A stretch of 64,000 nt of DNA. It comes from a virus. The position numbers were made by a program, and so were the translations under genes. Positions 51,162 to 60,729 of the stretch are shown here, one piece after another; the first letter of the stretch is position 1, and each line of letters starts with the position of its first letter. The notes under the pieces are model-generated. The model was not told the DNA's origin. It made no database searches and saw only the letters and a program-made list of their open reading frames with translations. The DNA is taken from positions 1 to 64,000 of the IMG/VR virus record IMGVR_UViG_3300036846_000488, one strand, 5' to 3'.

Positions 51162-51195
51162 GAACCCCCGTCAGATACCTCTGGCGGGGGTTTTC
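51162..51195 (+). terminator. intrinsic terminator in leader
   Basis: AACCCCCGTCAGA...TCTGGCGGGGGTTTT. Confidence 0.65.
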
Positions 51196-51236
51196 GTGTG
51201 TTTGAACCTCAACCAGAACGCCCGAAAGGGGTAGCT

Positions 51237-51737
51237 ATGAAGACCAACATCACGGAGATCTACCGGATCGAGACCATGAACTCGACCTACGAGATCAAAG
51301 TCGTGGAGAAGGACGGAAAGATCGCCTCGCTCTGCAAGAAGATGGGCCTGGACCAGGAGAAGCACCAGGTCAAGGCGAACGGCACCGAGTACCTAGACCG
51401 GCTCTTCATCGGAGCCTCGTTCAAGGTGCCCGGCGTGGTCACCACCTCTGTGGTGACCGACTACAGCCACTTCGTCCTCTCCACGAAGCCGAAGGCCAGG
51501 GTCACCGGTCCCGATGAGCACCTGCTCACCCCGGTGGTCGAGGCCATCAAGGAGCAGCTCAACCCGACCGCTGTGATGCTCGACGACCGAGCGGCGGTCG
51601 AGATCTGCGGGATCGACGGCTGTCAGGTCGAGCGTGTCCCCGGTCTCCCTCGGCACGAGGGGTTTCCGGGGTGCAAGTCCGGCAGCATCGCCTCCGGTGG
51701 GGCTCGTTCCCACTGCTCCTGCGACTACTGCTACTGA
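51237..51737 (+). CDS. hypothetical protein with C-terminal HCSCDYCY
   Basis: SD GAAAGGGG. Confidence 0.55.
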   Translation: MKTNITEIYRIETMNSTYEIKVVEKDGKIASLCKKMGLDQEKHQVKANGTEYLDRLFIGASFKVPGVVTTSVVTDYSHFVLSTKPKARVTGPDEHLLTPVVEAIKEQLNPTAVMLDDRAAVEICGIDGCQVERVPGLPRHEGFPGCKSGSIASGGARSHCSCDYCY

Positions 51738-51844
51738 GGCATCAGCGTGATCACCACCACGGGGGTGGTGATCTGCGCCGGTTCCTCAGAACCGGCCTCC
51801 AGTCCAGATGGCTGGAGGCAGCATCCAGAAGGGAAGTGAAAGAG

Positions 51845-51994
51845 ATGGTTCTCGCCATCGTTTCTTGGATCACCGGTCTCACCGAGGTCGCCATCGCGGC
51901 GCTCCTCGGTCTCAAGGAGATCGCCATCGCCGCACTAGGTCTTGCCGTCGTCATGCAGCAGCTGGCGGCGCTGTGGGACGGTGAACTGGCGTAA
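51845..51994 (+). CDS. small hydrophobic protein with tandem E[VI]AIAA repeat
   Basis: GLTEVAIAALL / GLKEIAIAALG. Confidence 0.45.
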   Translation: MVLAIVSWITGLTEVAIAALLGLKEIAIAALGLAVVMQQLAALWDGELA

Positions 51995-52017
51995 CGAACG
52001 CTTGACCAGCACCACCC

Positions 52018-52048
52018 GGCCCCACAGCAACCGTGCTGTGGGGCTTTC
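52018..52048 (+). terminator. terminator-like hairpin
   Basis: GCCCCACAGCA-ACCG-TGCTGTGGGGC TTTC. Confidence 0.65.
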
Positions 52049-52075
52049 GTGTTTCACCACAGAAAAGGAACCATC

Positions 52076-52573
52076 ATGTCCCACCTCAACACCCTCGACC
52101 AGCTCGACTTCACCCCGGAGCCGGTCGTCGTCAAGCCCACACACCGCAAGGCGCTGATCGCAGTGGTCATCGCCTCGGTGCTGGTGCTGCTCGGCTGCGC
52201 CGGCTACGCCGTCCACGAGCACCAGAGCCTGGGTACCTCCCGGGCGCACGCTGCCTCGCTCAGCCACCAGCTGAAGGGCACCCAGGCCGACCTCAAGGAC
52301 TCCAAGTCCGCGGTCAGCAGCCTCCGCACCGAGAACGGCACGCTCAAGGCCACCGCCGAGAAGTGCTCGGTGTACGTGCCGATCGGCAACCACATGGTGA
52401 ACGCCCTGCGCTACGAGCTGAAGGCCGTCCAGGGCGGCACCTTCGGGGCCATCATCTGGCTGCCCAAGGCCAGCACCGAAATGCACGCGGTCAGCCGTCT
52501 GCTCGACTCTCACCAGTCCTACGACGGTGAGCTGAACGACGTGTGTGGCCCGTCCAGCACCACCAACTCCTGA
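52076..52573 (+). CDS. membrane-anchored coiled-coil protein
   Basis: TM helix then heptads. Confidence 0.6.
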   Translation: MSHLNTLDQLDFTPEPVVVKPTHRKALIAVVIASVLVLLGCAGYAVHEHQSLGTSRAHAASLSHQLKGTQADLKDSKSAVSSLRTENGTLKATAEKCSVYVPIGNHMVNALRYELKAVQGGTFGAIIWLPKASTEMHAVSRLLDSHQSYDGELNDVCGPSSTTNS

Positions 52574-52599
52574 ACCATCCAGACCCTGAAGGGGGAGCA

Positions 52600-52719
52600 A
52601 TGAGCAAGAAGCACAAGAAGATCAAGCGCAAGGCCAAGAAGGCGGCGCGCTGGACCTGGAAGAACGGTGGCAAGGAGGCGACCATCATCGCCATCCGGAA
52701 GACACTGGTGCGCGCATGA
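52600..52719 (+). CDS. 39-aa highly basic protein
   Basis: SD GGGGGAG; MSKKHKKIKRKAKKAARW. Confidence 0.5.
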   Translation: MSKKHKKIKRKAKKAARWTWKNGGKEATIIAIRKTLVRA

Positions 52720-53141
52720 ACAACGTCACCACCCTGTTCCCGGATCTCGTCTTCGAGATCCTCCGCTACGACGCGGACCAGCGGGTCCCGCACGACACCT
52801 ACCGGTTCTTCTACCTGGAGCCGCACGCGGTGGACACCACCCGGTCCAACTACAAGCCCTTCGCGAAGGGGAAGCACCCGTTCGTCGAGGGCTACGAGCC
52901 CGGTCCGAACTACTGCGAGTCCGAGCGGCACCAGGTCTCTGAGGCGTACGCGCGGCTGATGCGCTACGGCCTGGAGAAGGACGGCTACGTGCCGATGTCG
53001 TACGAGTCGGTGCCGACAGAGCTGGCCCACTTCGCGGCACACAGCCAGGCCCCGATCGAGTTCCACAAGGGTCTGGACTCCTACAACCCCAAGGTCACTC
53101 GACGGGTCGTGGTCTGGGTCCGTGGGGAGCTGCCGGCATGA
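52716..53141 (+). CDS. hypothetical protein
   Basis: Coupled ORF. Confidence 0.55.
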   Translation: MNNVTTLFPDLVFEILRYDADQRVPHDTYRFFYLEPHAVDTTRSNYKPFAKGKHPFVEGYEPGPNYCESERHQVSEAYARLMRYGLEKDGYVPMSYESVPTELAHFAAHSQAPIEFHKGLDSYNPKVTRRVVVWVRGELPA

Positions 53142-53365
53142 AGAAGTGGCTGCTTCTGGGCATCGGGTTCTACGCAGTGATGATCCCGCTGGCCGGCTTG
53201 CTCTGGCCCCGGACACTGGTCCAGCTGGTTCGGGGTGAGGAGTTCGACCAGGATGCTCTCGACTTCTGGGAGTCCATCGAGCCTCGTCCGGACCTGGACG
53301 AGCCCACCAGGCGGGCTCGCTTCCTGAAGCGCGTCCGGTCACTGAGGAAAGAGGAGTCGGCATGA
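53138..53365 (+). CDS. membrane protein
   Basis: N-terminal TM. Confidence 0.55.
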   Translation: MKKWLLLGIGFYAVMIPLAGLLWPRTLVQLVRGEEFDQDALDFWESIEPRPDLDEPTRRARFLKRVRSLRKEESA

Positions 53366-53625
53366 CCACCTCGTTGGACGAGCCGAGGCACCTGGAACGT
53401 CCGAGACCCGGCTGGACCCAGCTCGGGATCATGCTCGGCGTAGTGCTGATCGGGATCATCGCAGTGGTGACTCTGGTGAGCATGATGGTCGAGGTCCACA
53501 ACGACCAGTACGACCCGAGCACGGCCCCGAAGTCTGGTACCTGTGACTGGACGATCCACTCGTACCGAACCGGGGACGCGGAGATCAAGCAGAGACTGGA
53601 GCAGCAGTACCAGGACTGCCGGTAG
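53362..53625 (+). CDS. membrane protein
   Basis: TM plus Cys pair. Confidence 0.55.
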   Translation: MTTSLDEPRHLERPRPGWTQLGIMLGVVLIGIIAVVTLVSMMVEVHNDQYDPSTAPKSGTCDWTIHSYRTGDAEIKQRLEQQYQDCR

Positions 53626-53792
53626 ACCAGTGAGCGGTGGGCGGCCCCACTCCCCCTAGGGCCGCATGGGCCCACCGTTCACGTTCGTTATGACAGGGGG
53701 TCATAGCCCGTCGTTCACGACACCTCCGGGGGGTGGAGTCGTGGGCGGTGGAGGGTGACCCCACTTCACCCCCAACCAGGGAAAGAGGAACC

Positions 53793-54053
53793 ATGATCGA
53801 CAGCTACAAGGTCTTCACCGTGTTCTGCGACGGCCAGTCCCAGGATCACGATCACGACGAGGTAGGCGCGGCGGCCAAGGAGTACGCCCTCAAGGTGGCC
53901 GAAGCCGTCGCTCCGGAGACGGGAGAGTCCGGGCACCCCGACGTACGCCACGTCAGGCGCGTGGAGTTCCTGGCGTTCGACGAGAAGGGCGAGCGGGTGC
54001 AGTACACCAGCCAGGGACCGTTCCCGTGCGCGGACACCACGGGGAACGCATGA
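53793..54053 (+). CDS. hypothetical protein
   Basis: SD GAAAGAGGA. Confidence 0.55.
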   Translation: MIDSYKVFTVFCDGQSQDHDHDEVGAAAKEYALKVAEAVAPETGESGHPDVRHVRRVEFLAFDEKGERVQYTSQGPFPCADTTGNA

Positions 54054-54301
54054 CCAAGGTCTACATACAGCCGCTCCCGGAACTGCCCGAGCCACCGATG
54101 TCCGTCTCGCATCTGGAGCTTCTGGCAGAGCTGCCTCAGGCGACCCTGCTCCGGATCACCCGCGGCGGGTCCGGGCTCCTCCTGGAGATATCCGGGCAGC
54201 AACTCATCTGCCTAGCCGACGACGAGTCGGCGCTGTGGATCATCAAGACCCTGAACTATCTCGGGATACCGGTCGCAGCCTCGCTGAACACTGCGTCCTA
54301 G
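54050..54301 (+). CDS. hypothetical protein
   Basis: Coupled ORF. Confidence 0.5.
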   Translation: MTKVYIQPLPELPEPPMSVSHLELLAELPQATLLRITRGGSGLLLEISGQQLICLADDESALWIIKTLNYLGIPVAASLNTAS

Positions 54302-54562
54302 CGTCAGACACAGAACAGGACCCCTGGGGGAACGGAAGAAAGCCCAAGGGTCCTGCTCAACCAATCGAAAGGAACACCTCAGTATGGCAGATTCACTGCT
54401 CCGGCTGCTGGCCGGAGTCATCAGGCTCCTGGAACTGGTTCACAACGTGATCACCACCAGGCGACAGGAGGACCTGCTGTTCGCTGCCTGAACGCAGTGG
54501 CAGCCCCTCCTGACCACTGCGCTGGAGGGGCTGCCTCAGGCAGCCCGGTCCAACCACAAACA

Positions 54563-54603
54563 GGGGGAGCACCTTCATCGGGGATGGGGTGCTCCTCCTT
54601 TCT
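54563..54603 (+). terminator. terminator-like hairpin
   Basis: GGGGGAGCACC...GGTGCTCCTCC TTT. Confidence 0.6.
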
Positions 54604-54621
54604 GGCCCAGAAAGGAAGTAG

Positions 54622-54894
54622 ATGGGCTTCGAGAACGAGATCATCGACGGGAACGAGTTCCTGCTGAAGACGACCCAACCGCCCAAACGAGCGGAGCCGA
54701 TATCGCATCAGTGCGTCTGTCTGCTGGTGCGTCCGACCGAGGTCGAAGGAGTGATGATCAGGGACAAGTGCTCCCAGGAGGTCAGCAGTCCAGACCAGGC
54801 GTTCTGCGACGACTGCGAGAGCAACGAGCACCACCTCCTGCCCACCCAGCAGGGCGAGGCTCGACACATCCACCGCAACAACAAGGAGTTCTGA
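54622..54894 (+). CDS. hypothetical Cys-containing protein
   Basis: SD GAAAGGA. Confidence 0.55.
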   Translation: MGFENEIIDGNEFLLKTTQPPKRAEPISHQCVCLLVRPTEVEGVMIRDKCSQEVSSPDQAFCDDCESNEHHLLPTQQGEARHIHRNNKEF

Positions 54895-55169
54895 TGAGCG
54901 AACCGATCATCACCAAGTTCTGGATCGAGGAGACCGAGTTCTCCGATGTAGACAACGGCTGGGCCAAGTACAGCGATGGCACCGAGCAGTTCGAAATCGA
55001 CGTGATGAAGGACCCCGAAGTGATCAACGAGGTCCAGCGGCTGTTCCTGAACGCCAAGCTCTCCGAGCTGACGATCGGTCTGACCAGCGAGCAGCTGCGC
55101 TTCCTCTACATCGGTCTGTTCGACGAGATCATCGGCACCAACTGGGTAGAGCTGGAGACGGGAGCATGA
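54894..55169 (+). CDS. hypothetical protein
   Basis: SD AAGGAG, coupled. Confidence 0.55.
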   Translation: MSEPIITKFWIEETEFSDVDNGWAKYSDGTEQFEIDVMKDPEVINEVQRLFLNAKLSELTIGLTSEQLRFLYIGLFDEIIGTNWVELETGA

Positions 55170-55357
55170 GCACCCTCAGCTGGATGGAGATCCTGCTCTT
55201 CGTCTCCGTCATTGTCGGTACCGGCTTCTACTATCTTGGCCATGCCATGGGTAGAGAGCAGCAGAAGCACGATCACGAGGCCCGTCTGGCCTCGATGCGC
55301 AACCACCCGTCCTACGCCCTGCGCATCCAGCAGTGGCAACAGGACAAGAGCGACTGA
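55166..55357 (+). CDS. small membrane protein
   Basis: TM helix. Confidence 0.55.
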   Translation: MSTLSWMEILLFVSVIVGTGFYYLGHAMGREQQKHDHEARLASMRNHPSYALRIQQWQQDKSD

Positions 55358-55394
55358 GCAGACGCTCAGTTGCACCGCCAAGAAAGGTTCGACT

Positions 55395-55643
55395 ATGCCA
55401 ACCACCCGCGACAAGCGAGTACAGGACACCGCCAGCCTCCACGAGAGCGCCGTTCAGGCGATCGCGAAGGGCGAGGTGGGACCTATCCCCAAGAAGGTCC
55501 GGAAGAAGGCTGAGAGACGCAACCAGGCCGTCCACACACACGTTGTGGTCGACCCGCAGGTGATGCAGGCGGCCAAGGAGCTGCTGCTCGGCTCCTACAC
55601 CCGGATCGAGATCATCGACGCTGACACAGTGATCGTGCGATGA
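55395..55643 (+). CDS. hypothetical protein
   Basis: SD GAAAGG. Confidence 0.55.
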   Translation: MPTTRDKRVQDTASLHESAVQAIAKGEVGPIPKKVRKKAERRNQAVHTHVVVDPQVMQAAKELLLGSYTRIEIIDADTVIVR

Positions 55644-56887
55644 GTCAGACACCAGACGACGAGGAGGAGAAGGACATAGGTGCCGTGACTCGCAAGGCTT
55701 GGTTCGCCGGCCATCTCGATGCCGCTGACTCCGAAGGCGGCTTTGGTTCTGGGTTCCGCGGCGTACCTGGTGTACGTCATGGCGGATCCAAGACCGTCAC
55801 TCGCGACCAGATCAGCGGGTCCATGGATCTGTGCTGGTGTGGTCAGCCGTTCGATCACGACTGGGCCGGCAAGTCCGACGGTCGTTCACATCCCCGTGTC
55901 GAAGACCCATACAAGGGAGCTGAAGTGTCCCCAACAACGCAACCCGCACCGACCGAAGAGCAGCCCCGCATCGAGAGACGCGCCTTGCGCGCCTACAACG
56001 CGGATCTGGCCGACATGGTTCTGACAGCGGTCAACGAGTACCACGTCAAGTACCGGATCACCGCACACAGCGTGATCCTGTTCCCGCCTGACGGAACCCA
56101 GCCGTACGCCGTCAACGCCCGCAACGGTGACCGTCAGGTCAAGGCAGCGCGGGCTTGGTTCGTCCGGCACTGCATCCCCGAGGACCTGTCTATCAAGCAG
56201 GCCGCGAAGCCAGCCCCCTCTACCAAGCCCGTCGACACCGACGCGATCAGGGAGCTGGCCGAGACGATCGACTCCGAGGAGCACCTGCCCAAGCTGGAGG
56301 AGCCAGCGAAGGCGGAGAAGCCAGAGAAACCGGTGAAGCCAGCAATGGCAGCGGAGAAGGCAGCACCGGCTCCCGCGCAACCGGAGCCGGCGACCCCTCA
56401 GCCGGATTCAAAGGGATGGGTGCCGTACCTGCTGGACCAGGGCAAGCCGCACCAGAAGACGCACCCGTTCTACCTGTTCAACACCAAGACCGGTCAGGTC
56501 AAGTGCACCATCGACGGTGAGATCCTGGCCGGGACGCGGAGCACCGGTGGGCACACCCGGACCCATCACACCGACACCACCACGCTGTGGGGCGCGAAGG
56601 CCAAGGAGAAGGGCATCCAGACCTACTTCACCAACAAGGCCCGTGGCCAGGTGGAGGAGGCGATCGGTCTGCTCCACACTGCGATGGGTATCCAGCCCAA
56701 AGGTGATGACGCCGAGCTGATCGCGGAGCGCGACAAGCTCGCCTCGGAGAAGACCGTTCTCCAGACCGAGAGCAAGCAACTGAAGGATGCGAACAAGCAG
56801 CTCACCGACGAGCTCGCTGCGCTGAAGACCAAGTTCGCAGACATGGAGGCCAAGGTCGCTCTAGCCAGAGAGGCGTTCGGTCTCTAG
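55640..56887 (+). CDS. hypothetical protein with degenerate C2H2-like motif and C-terminal coiled coil; probable internal start 55925
   Basis: CTID...GGHTRTHH; heptad tail; SD AAGGGAG before GTG 55925. Confidence 0.6.
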   Translation: MSQTPDDEEEKDIGAVTRKAWFAGHLDAADSEGGFGSGFRGVPGVRHGGSKTVTRDQISGSMDLCWCGQPFDHDWAGKSDGRSHPRVEDPYKGAEVSPTTQPAPTEEQPRIERRALRAYNADLADMVLTAVNEYHVKYRITAHSVILFPPDGTQPYAVNARNGDRQVKAARAWFVRHCIPEDLSIKQAAKPAPSTKPVDTDAIRELAETIDSEEHLPKLEEPAKAEKPEKPVKPAMAAEKAAPAPAQPEPATPQPDSKGWVPYLLDQGKPHQKTHPFYLFNTKTGQVKCTIDGEILAGTRSTGGHTRTHHTDTTTLWGAKAKEKGIQTYFTNKARGQVEEAIGLLHTAMGIQPKGDDAELIAERDKLASEKTVLQTESKQLKDANKQLTDELAALKTKFADMEAKVALAREAFGL

Positions 56888-56898
56888 ACCATCAAGGG

Positions 56899-56929
56899 AG
56901 GCCCCACATCATCAGGTGTGGGGCCTTTC
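56899..56929 (+). terminator. terminator-like hairpin
   Basis: AGGCCCCACA...TGTGGGGCCT TTC. Confidence 0.65.
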
Positions 56930-56954
56930 GCATATCCACATGAAGGGAAGACGC

Positions 56955-57221
56955 ATGAACGAGTTCGAGGAGAATGAAGGAAACGAGGAGGAGTACGGGC
57001 TCATCACCGAGTTCAACGACTCCGACTTCCCGGAAGGAACACCGGACCACTACCACGGTTGCGACTTCTGCGCCGGAGCCACCTGGGGTGAGTTCGTCCT
57101 GCACACCGACGACTGCCCGGGAGTCCAGACCCACATTGAGATCGACGCCATGGTGAAGGGCATCGACCCCTCCGAGGTCATGACTGACAAGGACCCAGAT
57201 TGGAAGGACACCGATGTCTGA
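56955..57221 (+). CDS. acidic hypothetical protein
   Basis: CDFC..H..DC. Confidence 0.5.
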   Translation: MNEFEENEGNEEEYGLITEFNDSDFPEGTPDHYHGCDFCAGATWGEFVLHTDDCPGVQTHIEIDAMVKGIDPSEVMTDKDPDWKDTDV

Positions 57222-57498
57222 GAACCCGCACACCCAGCCCTGGAAGATCGACTGTCCGTTCTGCTACGCCAAGGCCGGCTACAAGTGCCGGTCCGGCGTC
57301 GGTAAGACCGGGTGGGGCATCGCGAACCGCGATGTGAGCTACTACCACAGGGGTCGAATCACTGCTCAGTGGTCTGCGCAGCTGGCCTGGGACGCCGGCT
57401 ATGCCGCCGGCTACCTGGAGGGCACCAACGACCTCGGTGCGCTGGTCGTGAAGACCGTCACCGAGGTCACCACACCTCCGCTGCAGGAAGTGAGCTGA
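57214..57498 (+). CDS. zinc-finger protein
   Basis: CPFC.A..G..C...H..R. Confidence 0.55.
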   Translation: MSENPHTQPWKIDCPFCYAKAGYKCRSGVGKTGWGIANRDVSYYHRGRITAQWSAQLAWDAGYAAGYLEGTNDLGALVVKTVTEVTTPPLQEVS

Positions 57499-57794
57499 TG
57501 GGGATCACGATCATCGAGCAGCAGACCATGCACGCCATCCAGCAGATTCCGCAGCAGCTGAAGCGAATCGCAGACGCGCTGGAGAAGCAGAAGCCACAGG
57601 TCGATCCCAACTCGCTGGGCGCGTACGCGATCTGGAAGGACGAGGTAGCCCGGAGTGGCTGTCTGGTCGGGTTCGCCGACTGGCAGGCCTGGCACGACCA
57701 GCCCACCCCAGAGCAGGTGGGGGAGGCGATCCAGGCGGTCAAGCGTGGCTTCGACGAGATCGAAGAGCAGGTGAGAGGGGATGCTGCAGAGTAA
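57498..57794 (+). CDS. hypothetical protein
   Basis: Coupled ORF. Confidence 0.5.
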   Translation: MGITIIEQQTMHAIQQIPQQLKRIADALEKQKPQVDPNSLGAYAIWKDEVARSGCLVGFADWQAWHDQPTPEQVGEAIQAVKRGFDEIEEQVRGDAAE

Positions 57795-58032
57795 CGGTGC
57801 TCCCCACCTGACCTTCATCGACGAGTCGTCCCAGCTCAGCTTCGTCTGGGATGGCAAGTCCCCGGTGATCGAGGTCACCGGCGGTGCAGAGCCCGACACC
57901 ATCCCGATCCACGGTCGGGTCGGCATCAACAACGCGACGATCCAGCGCTGGATGGACTGGTTCGAGCTGGTCTGTCGCAACTACATCCGGATCAAGATCG
58001 GAGAGAACGGAGATAAGAATGACCTGGAGTGA
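57781..58032 (+). CDS. hypothetical protein
   Basis: SD GAGGGG. Confidence 0.5.
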   Translation: MLQSNGAPHLTFIDESSQLSFVWDGKSPVIEVTGGAEPDTIPIHGRVGINNATIQRWMDWFELVCRNYIRIKIGENGDKNDLE

Positions 58033-58378
58033 CTTCCTGAAGTACAGCAAGTACGTCGCCGTGTTCTACGCGGCGGCGTTTCTCGTCGGGATCGTCGGGA
58101 TCTGGGCGCAGCCCCACTCACAGTGGATCTGGACCGCAGTGATGTTCTTCGGTGCGGCCATGGCCGGGAACGTGGCGCTGGCTTGCTACCACTACAACCA
58201 CAAGGGCTCGATGCTGCTGGCCAAGAACGACTATCTGGCCGCGCAGGACGAAGCCCAGGTGATCACCGGGACGACCAGCAAGAGCATGGAGCTCCGGCAG
58301 GCCGGTCTGCGCGCGGACATGGAGGAGTTCATGACCGACAAGATCAAGGAAGAGATGCGGAATCGGGGCTACCGGTGA
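58019..58378 (+). CDS. two-TM membrane protein
   Basis: Hydrophobic helices. Confidence 0.55.
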   Translation: MTWSDFLKYSKYVAVFYAAAFLVGIVGIWAQPHSQWIWTAVMFFGAAMAGNVALACYHYNHKGSMLLAKNDYLAAQDEAQVITGTTSKSMELRQAGLRADMEEFMTDKIKEEMRNRGYR

Positions 58379-58698
58379 AGCGGCTCCTGTACCTGTCCAT
58401 CGGGTTGACCGTGATCTCCTGGATCGCGTTCATGGTCAGCTTCTGGCTGCCCCATCCCGTAGGCGCAGCCCTGCAGGCCACCGCGCTCAGCCTGGGGATC
58501 CCGGGCGTGGCCGCGGTGTGTTTCCTCGGTGTCTGCTGGGACGAGATCGAGACCTACCTGCACCGGTCCAAGACCCGCACCCTGCGCTGCACCGACTGTG
58601 GGTCGAAGATCCTCAACCCCGCCGGCACCACCATCGGTGACCAACTGGAGGGCGAACTGATGTTGGAGAACCCGCGCGACAAGGGGAGATGGCCATGA
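58375..58698 (+). CDS. two-TM protein with CxxC
   Basis: GTGA-coupled. Confidence 0.55.
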   Translation: MKRLLYLSIGLTVISWIAFMVSFWLPHPVGAALQATALSLGIPGVAAVCFLGVCWDEIETYLHRSKTRTLRCTDCGSKILNPAGTTIGDQLEGELMLENPRDKGRWP

Positions 58699-59426
58699 TC
58701 GGTGATCCCGATGTCGTCCCGCTCACCCTGCGTCGGAAGGAGTACATCCTGAAGATGCTGGCCTGGGAACGGAATAACGGTGAGAACTGGATCCGGATCT
58801 CAGAGCAGGAGCTCACCGACTTCGGCGGTCGGGCCTTCTTCAGTGGCTGCGAGGTGCTCTACATCAACGAGAACATCTTCACCACCTCGCACAGGCGGGG
58901 CTGGGACCGAGAGGGCGAGAAGGTCCGGCTCCAGTACCGGATCCTGGTTCCCGGCGGCGAGCCCTGGACCCCAGCCGGCTCTCAGTACTACCTGTCCACC
59001 AACACCACCACCGCAACCAACACCACCATCACGCTCAACACCACCTATGAAGGGAAGACACCCGTGGAGCACCACATCGACCGCGAGAAGCTGATCGAGG
59101 TCGTCACCGATAACAAGGAGGCCTACGAGCTCATCCGAGACGAGGCCCACATCCTCTACCGCACCCAGATGGAGCGCCTGACCGAGCGTCACCTGGCCGG
59201 CGAGATCTCCACCGCCTCCCTGGTCGTCAAGGACAAGGACGGCAACCGGATCGACCTGGCCGCCGACCAGAGCGAGCTGCACGACCGCAAGCTCCGGGCC
59301 CTGGAGCTGGACTCCCGAGAGGTGGTCATCCTCGACCACGGCGAGTACCTGGTCTGGGTCGAGGACGCCGACACCAACCTCCAGGCCAGCGCCACCATCC
59401 TGAAGCGGCTGGAGGAGCTGTCATGA
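58689..59426 (+). CDS. two-domain hypothetical protein; probable internal start 59064
   Basis: Thr/Asn linker then SD GAAGGGAAG before GTG. Confidence 0.55.
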   Translation: MAMIGDPDVVPLTLRRKEYILKMLAWERNNGENWIRISEQELTDFGGRAFFSGCEVLYINENIFTTSHRRGWDREGEKVRLQYRILVPGGEPWTPAGSQYYLSTNTTTATNTTITLNTTYEGKTPVEHHIDREKLIEVVTDNKEAYELIRDEAHILYRTQMERLTERHLAGEISTASLVVKDKDGNRIDLAADQSELHDRKLRALELDSREVVILDHGEYLVWVEDADTNLQASATILKRLEELS

Positions 59427-59953
59427 CCAAGCTCGCGCACATCACCAGCCGACCGCAGTACGAGCTCGGTGACCGAGTTCTCGGGCTCTGCGGCAAGGAG
59501 TTCAAGGTCAAGGTCCTCTGGAAGGACCTGCCCATCGACAAGCCGATCTGCCGGTTCTGCGTGGACGCTGCCATGAAGGCGCTCACCGAGGCCGACGTGG
59601 TGATCGGGGAGATGCGTCGGTCGGCGCGTCGGCTCTCGGTCCTCTCCATGGTCCTCTCGGAGATCGCGGATAAGGAGATCGACCTCGACACGATCGCGAA
59701 GCAGGACGCCTACTTCAAGAAGGAGCAGGAGGAGCTGCTGGTCCTGAAGGCTGCTGAGGATCGTCTGAAGACCATGTGCACCTGCACCTGGACCTCTCCG
59801 GAGATGTTCACCGAGGACCCGGACTGCCCGATCCACGGCGGGGAGGACCAGCCGATCCGGGAAATCGAGGATGTTCCGCTGCCCACGGCGTCTGACTTCT
59901 CCGGAGTCCAGGGCGTGCAGGAATCCGACATCCAGGAGCCCACCGATGGATGA
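59423..59953 (+). CDS. DUF3039-like Zn-binding protein
   Basis: H...GLCGK...PICRFC; C-terminal CTC...CPIHG. Confidence 0.55.
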   Translation: MTKLAHITSRPQYELGDRVLGLCGKEFKVKVLWKDLPIDKPICRFCVDAAMKALTEADVVIGEMRRSARRLSVLSMVLSEIADKEIDLDTIAKQDAYFKKEQEELLVLKAAEDRLKTMCTCTWTSPEMFTEDPDCPIHGGEDQPIREIEDVPLPTASDFSGVQGVQESDIQEPTDG

Positions 59954-60302
59954 CATCGAGGTCGACAAGGAGAAGCTGATCAAGACCCTGAAGAAGAACC
60001 GGAAGGCGCATCGGGCGATCTTCCTGAAGGGTCAGGAGGTCTACCGCCAGCAGATGATCAAGGAGATCGAGCAAGCGCTGGCAGATGCTCGCAACGGCGG
60101 CAAGATCACCCGGGGCTTCTCACTCCCGGTGCCCGAGGACCACACCGAGGACTTCGACACCGTGATCGGGATGCTCCAGTGGCACCAGGGCGAGAAGATC
60201 ATGCTCAGCTACCGCGAGTACCAGACCTACATCGAGAACAAGTGGGGCTGGCAGCAGTCCTTCGGGGCCACCACCATGGCCTACGCCGGGATGGCCCCGT
60301 GA
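59946..60302 (+). CDS. hypothetical protein, paralogue of 59064-59426 domain
   Basis: VDKEKLI...N...H...Y...P.DH. Confidence 0.6.
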   Translation: MDDIEVDKEKLIKTLKKNRKAHRAIFLKGQEVYRQQMIKEIEQALADARNGGKITRGFSLPVPEDHTEDFDTVIGMLQWHQGEKIMLSYREYQTYIENKWGWQQSFGATTMAYAGMAP

Positions 60303-60505
60303 GCATCCCGATCCCCAAGATCGACACGGTGATGCACTTCACCGACGAGATCGGGGTGGTCGAGATCTCCACCTGCCGAGACGAGCTCACCCTCGTCATC
60401 GGCGCGCCGTACACCAACGTTCTGACCACCCACCACGAGGGTCAGACGATCATCAGGATCGGAAAGGATCCGACACACATGAACAGACTGAGGGACCGAC
60501 GATGA
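60299..60505 (+). CDS. hypothetical protein
   Basis: Coupled ORF. Confidence 0.45.
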   Translation: MSIPIPKIDTVMHFTDEIGVVEISTCRDELTLVIGAPYTNVLTTHHEGQTIIRIGKDPTHMNRLRDRR

Positions 60506-60729
60506 CTGAGGGAATGCAGGCCGTCGAGCCCGACGCCTGTCCGGAGTGCGCCTATGTGGCGTACCTCGGCTACGAGGTACAGGGCGTCTACGACGGCGTT
60601 CTGTACTGGGTGTGCCCAGCCTGTGGGCACGCCTGGCCGCGCTGGGTCGGTGACTCCAGCCAGCGGATGGCTCAGCTCTCCCAGCAGTACGCCGACGAAC
60701 ACAACGAGAAGCAGAAGGAGAGGACATGA
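60502..60729 (+). CDS. zinc-ribbon protein
   Basis: CPEC...YDGVLYWVCPAC. Confidence 0.55.
   Translation: MTEGMQAVEPDACPECAYVAYLGYEVQGVYDGVLYWVCPACGHAWPRWVGDSSQRMAQLSQQYADEHNEKQKERT

Noticed and set aside
53696-53778. tRNA (GGGGTCATAGC... ending ACCA)
   Set aside because: No TTCGA T-loop, no D or anticodon arms; folds as a rod
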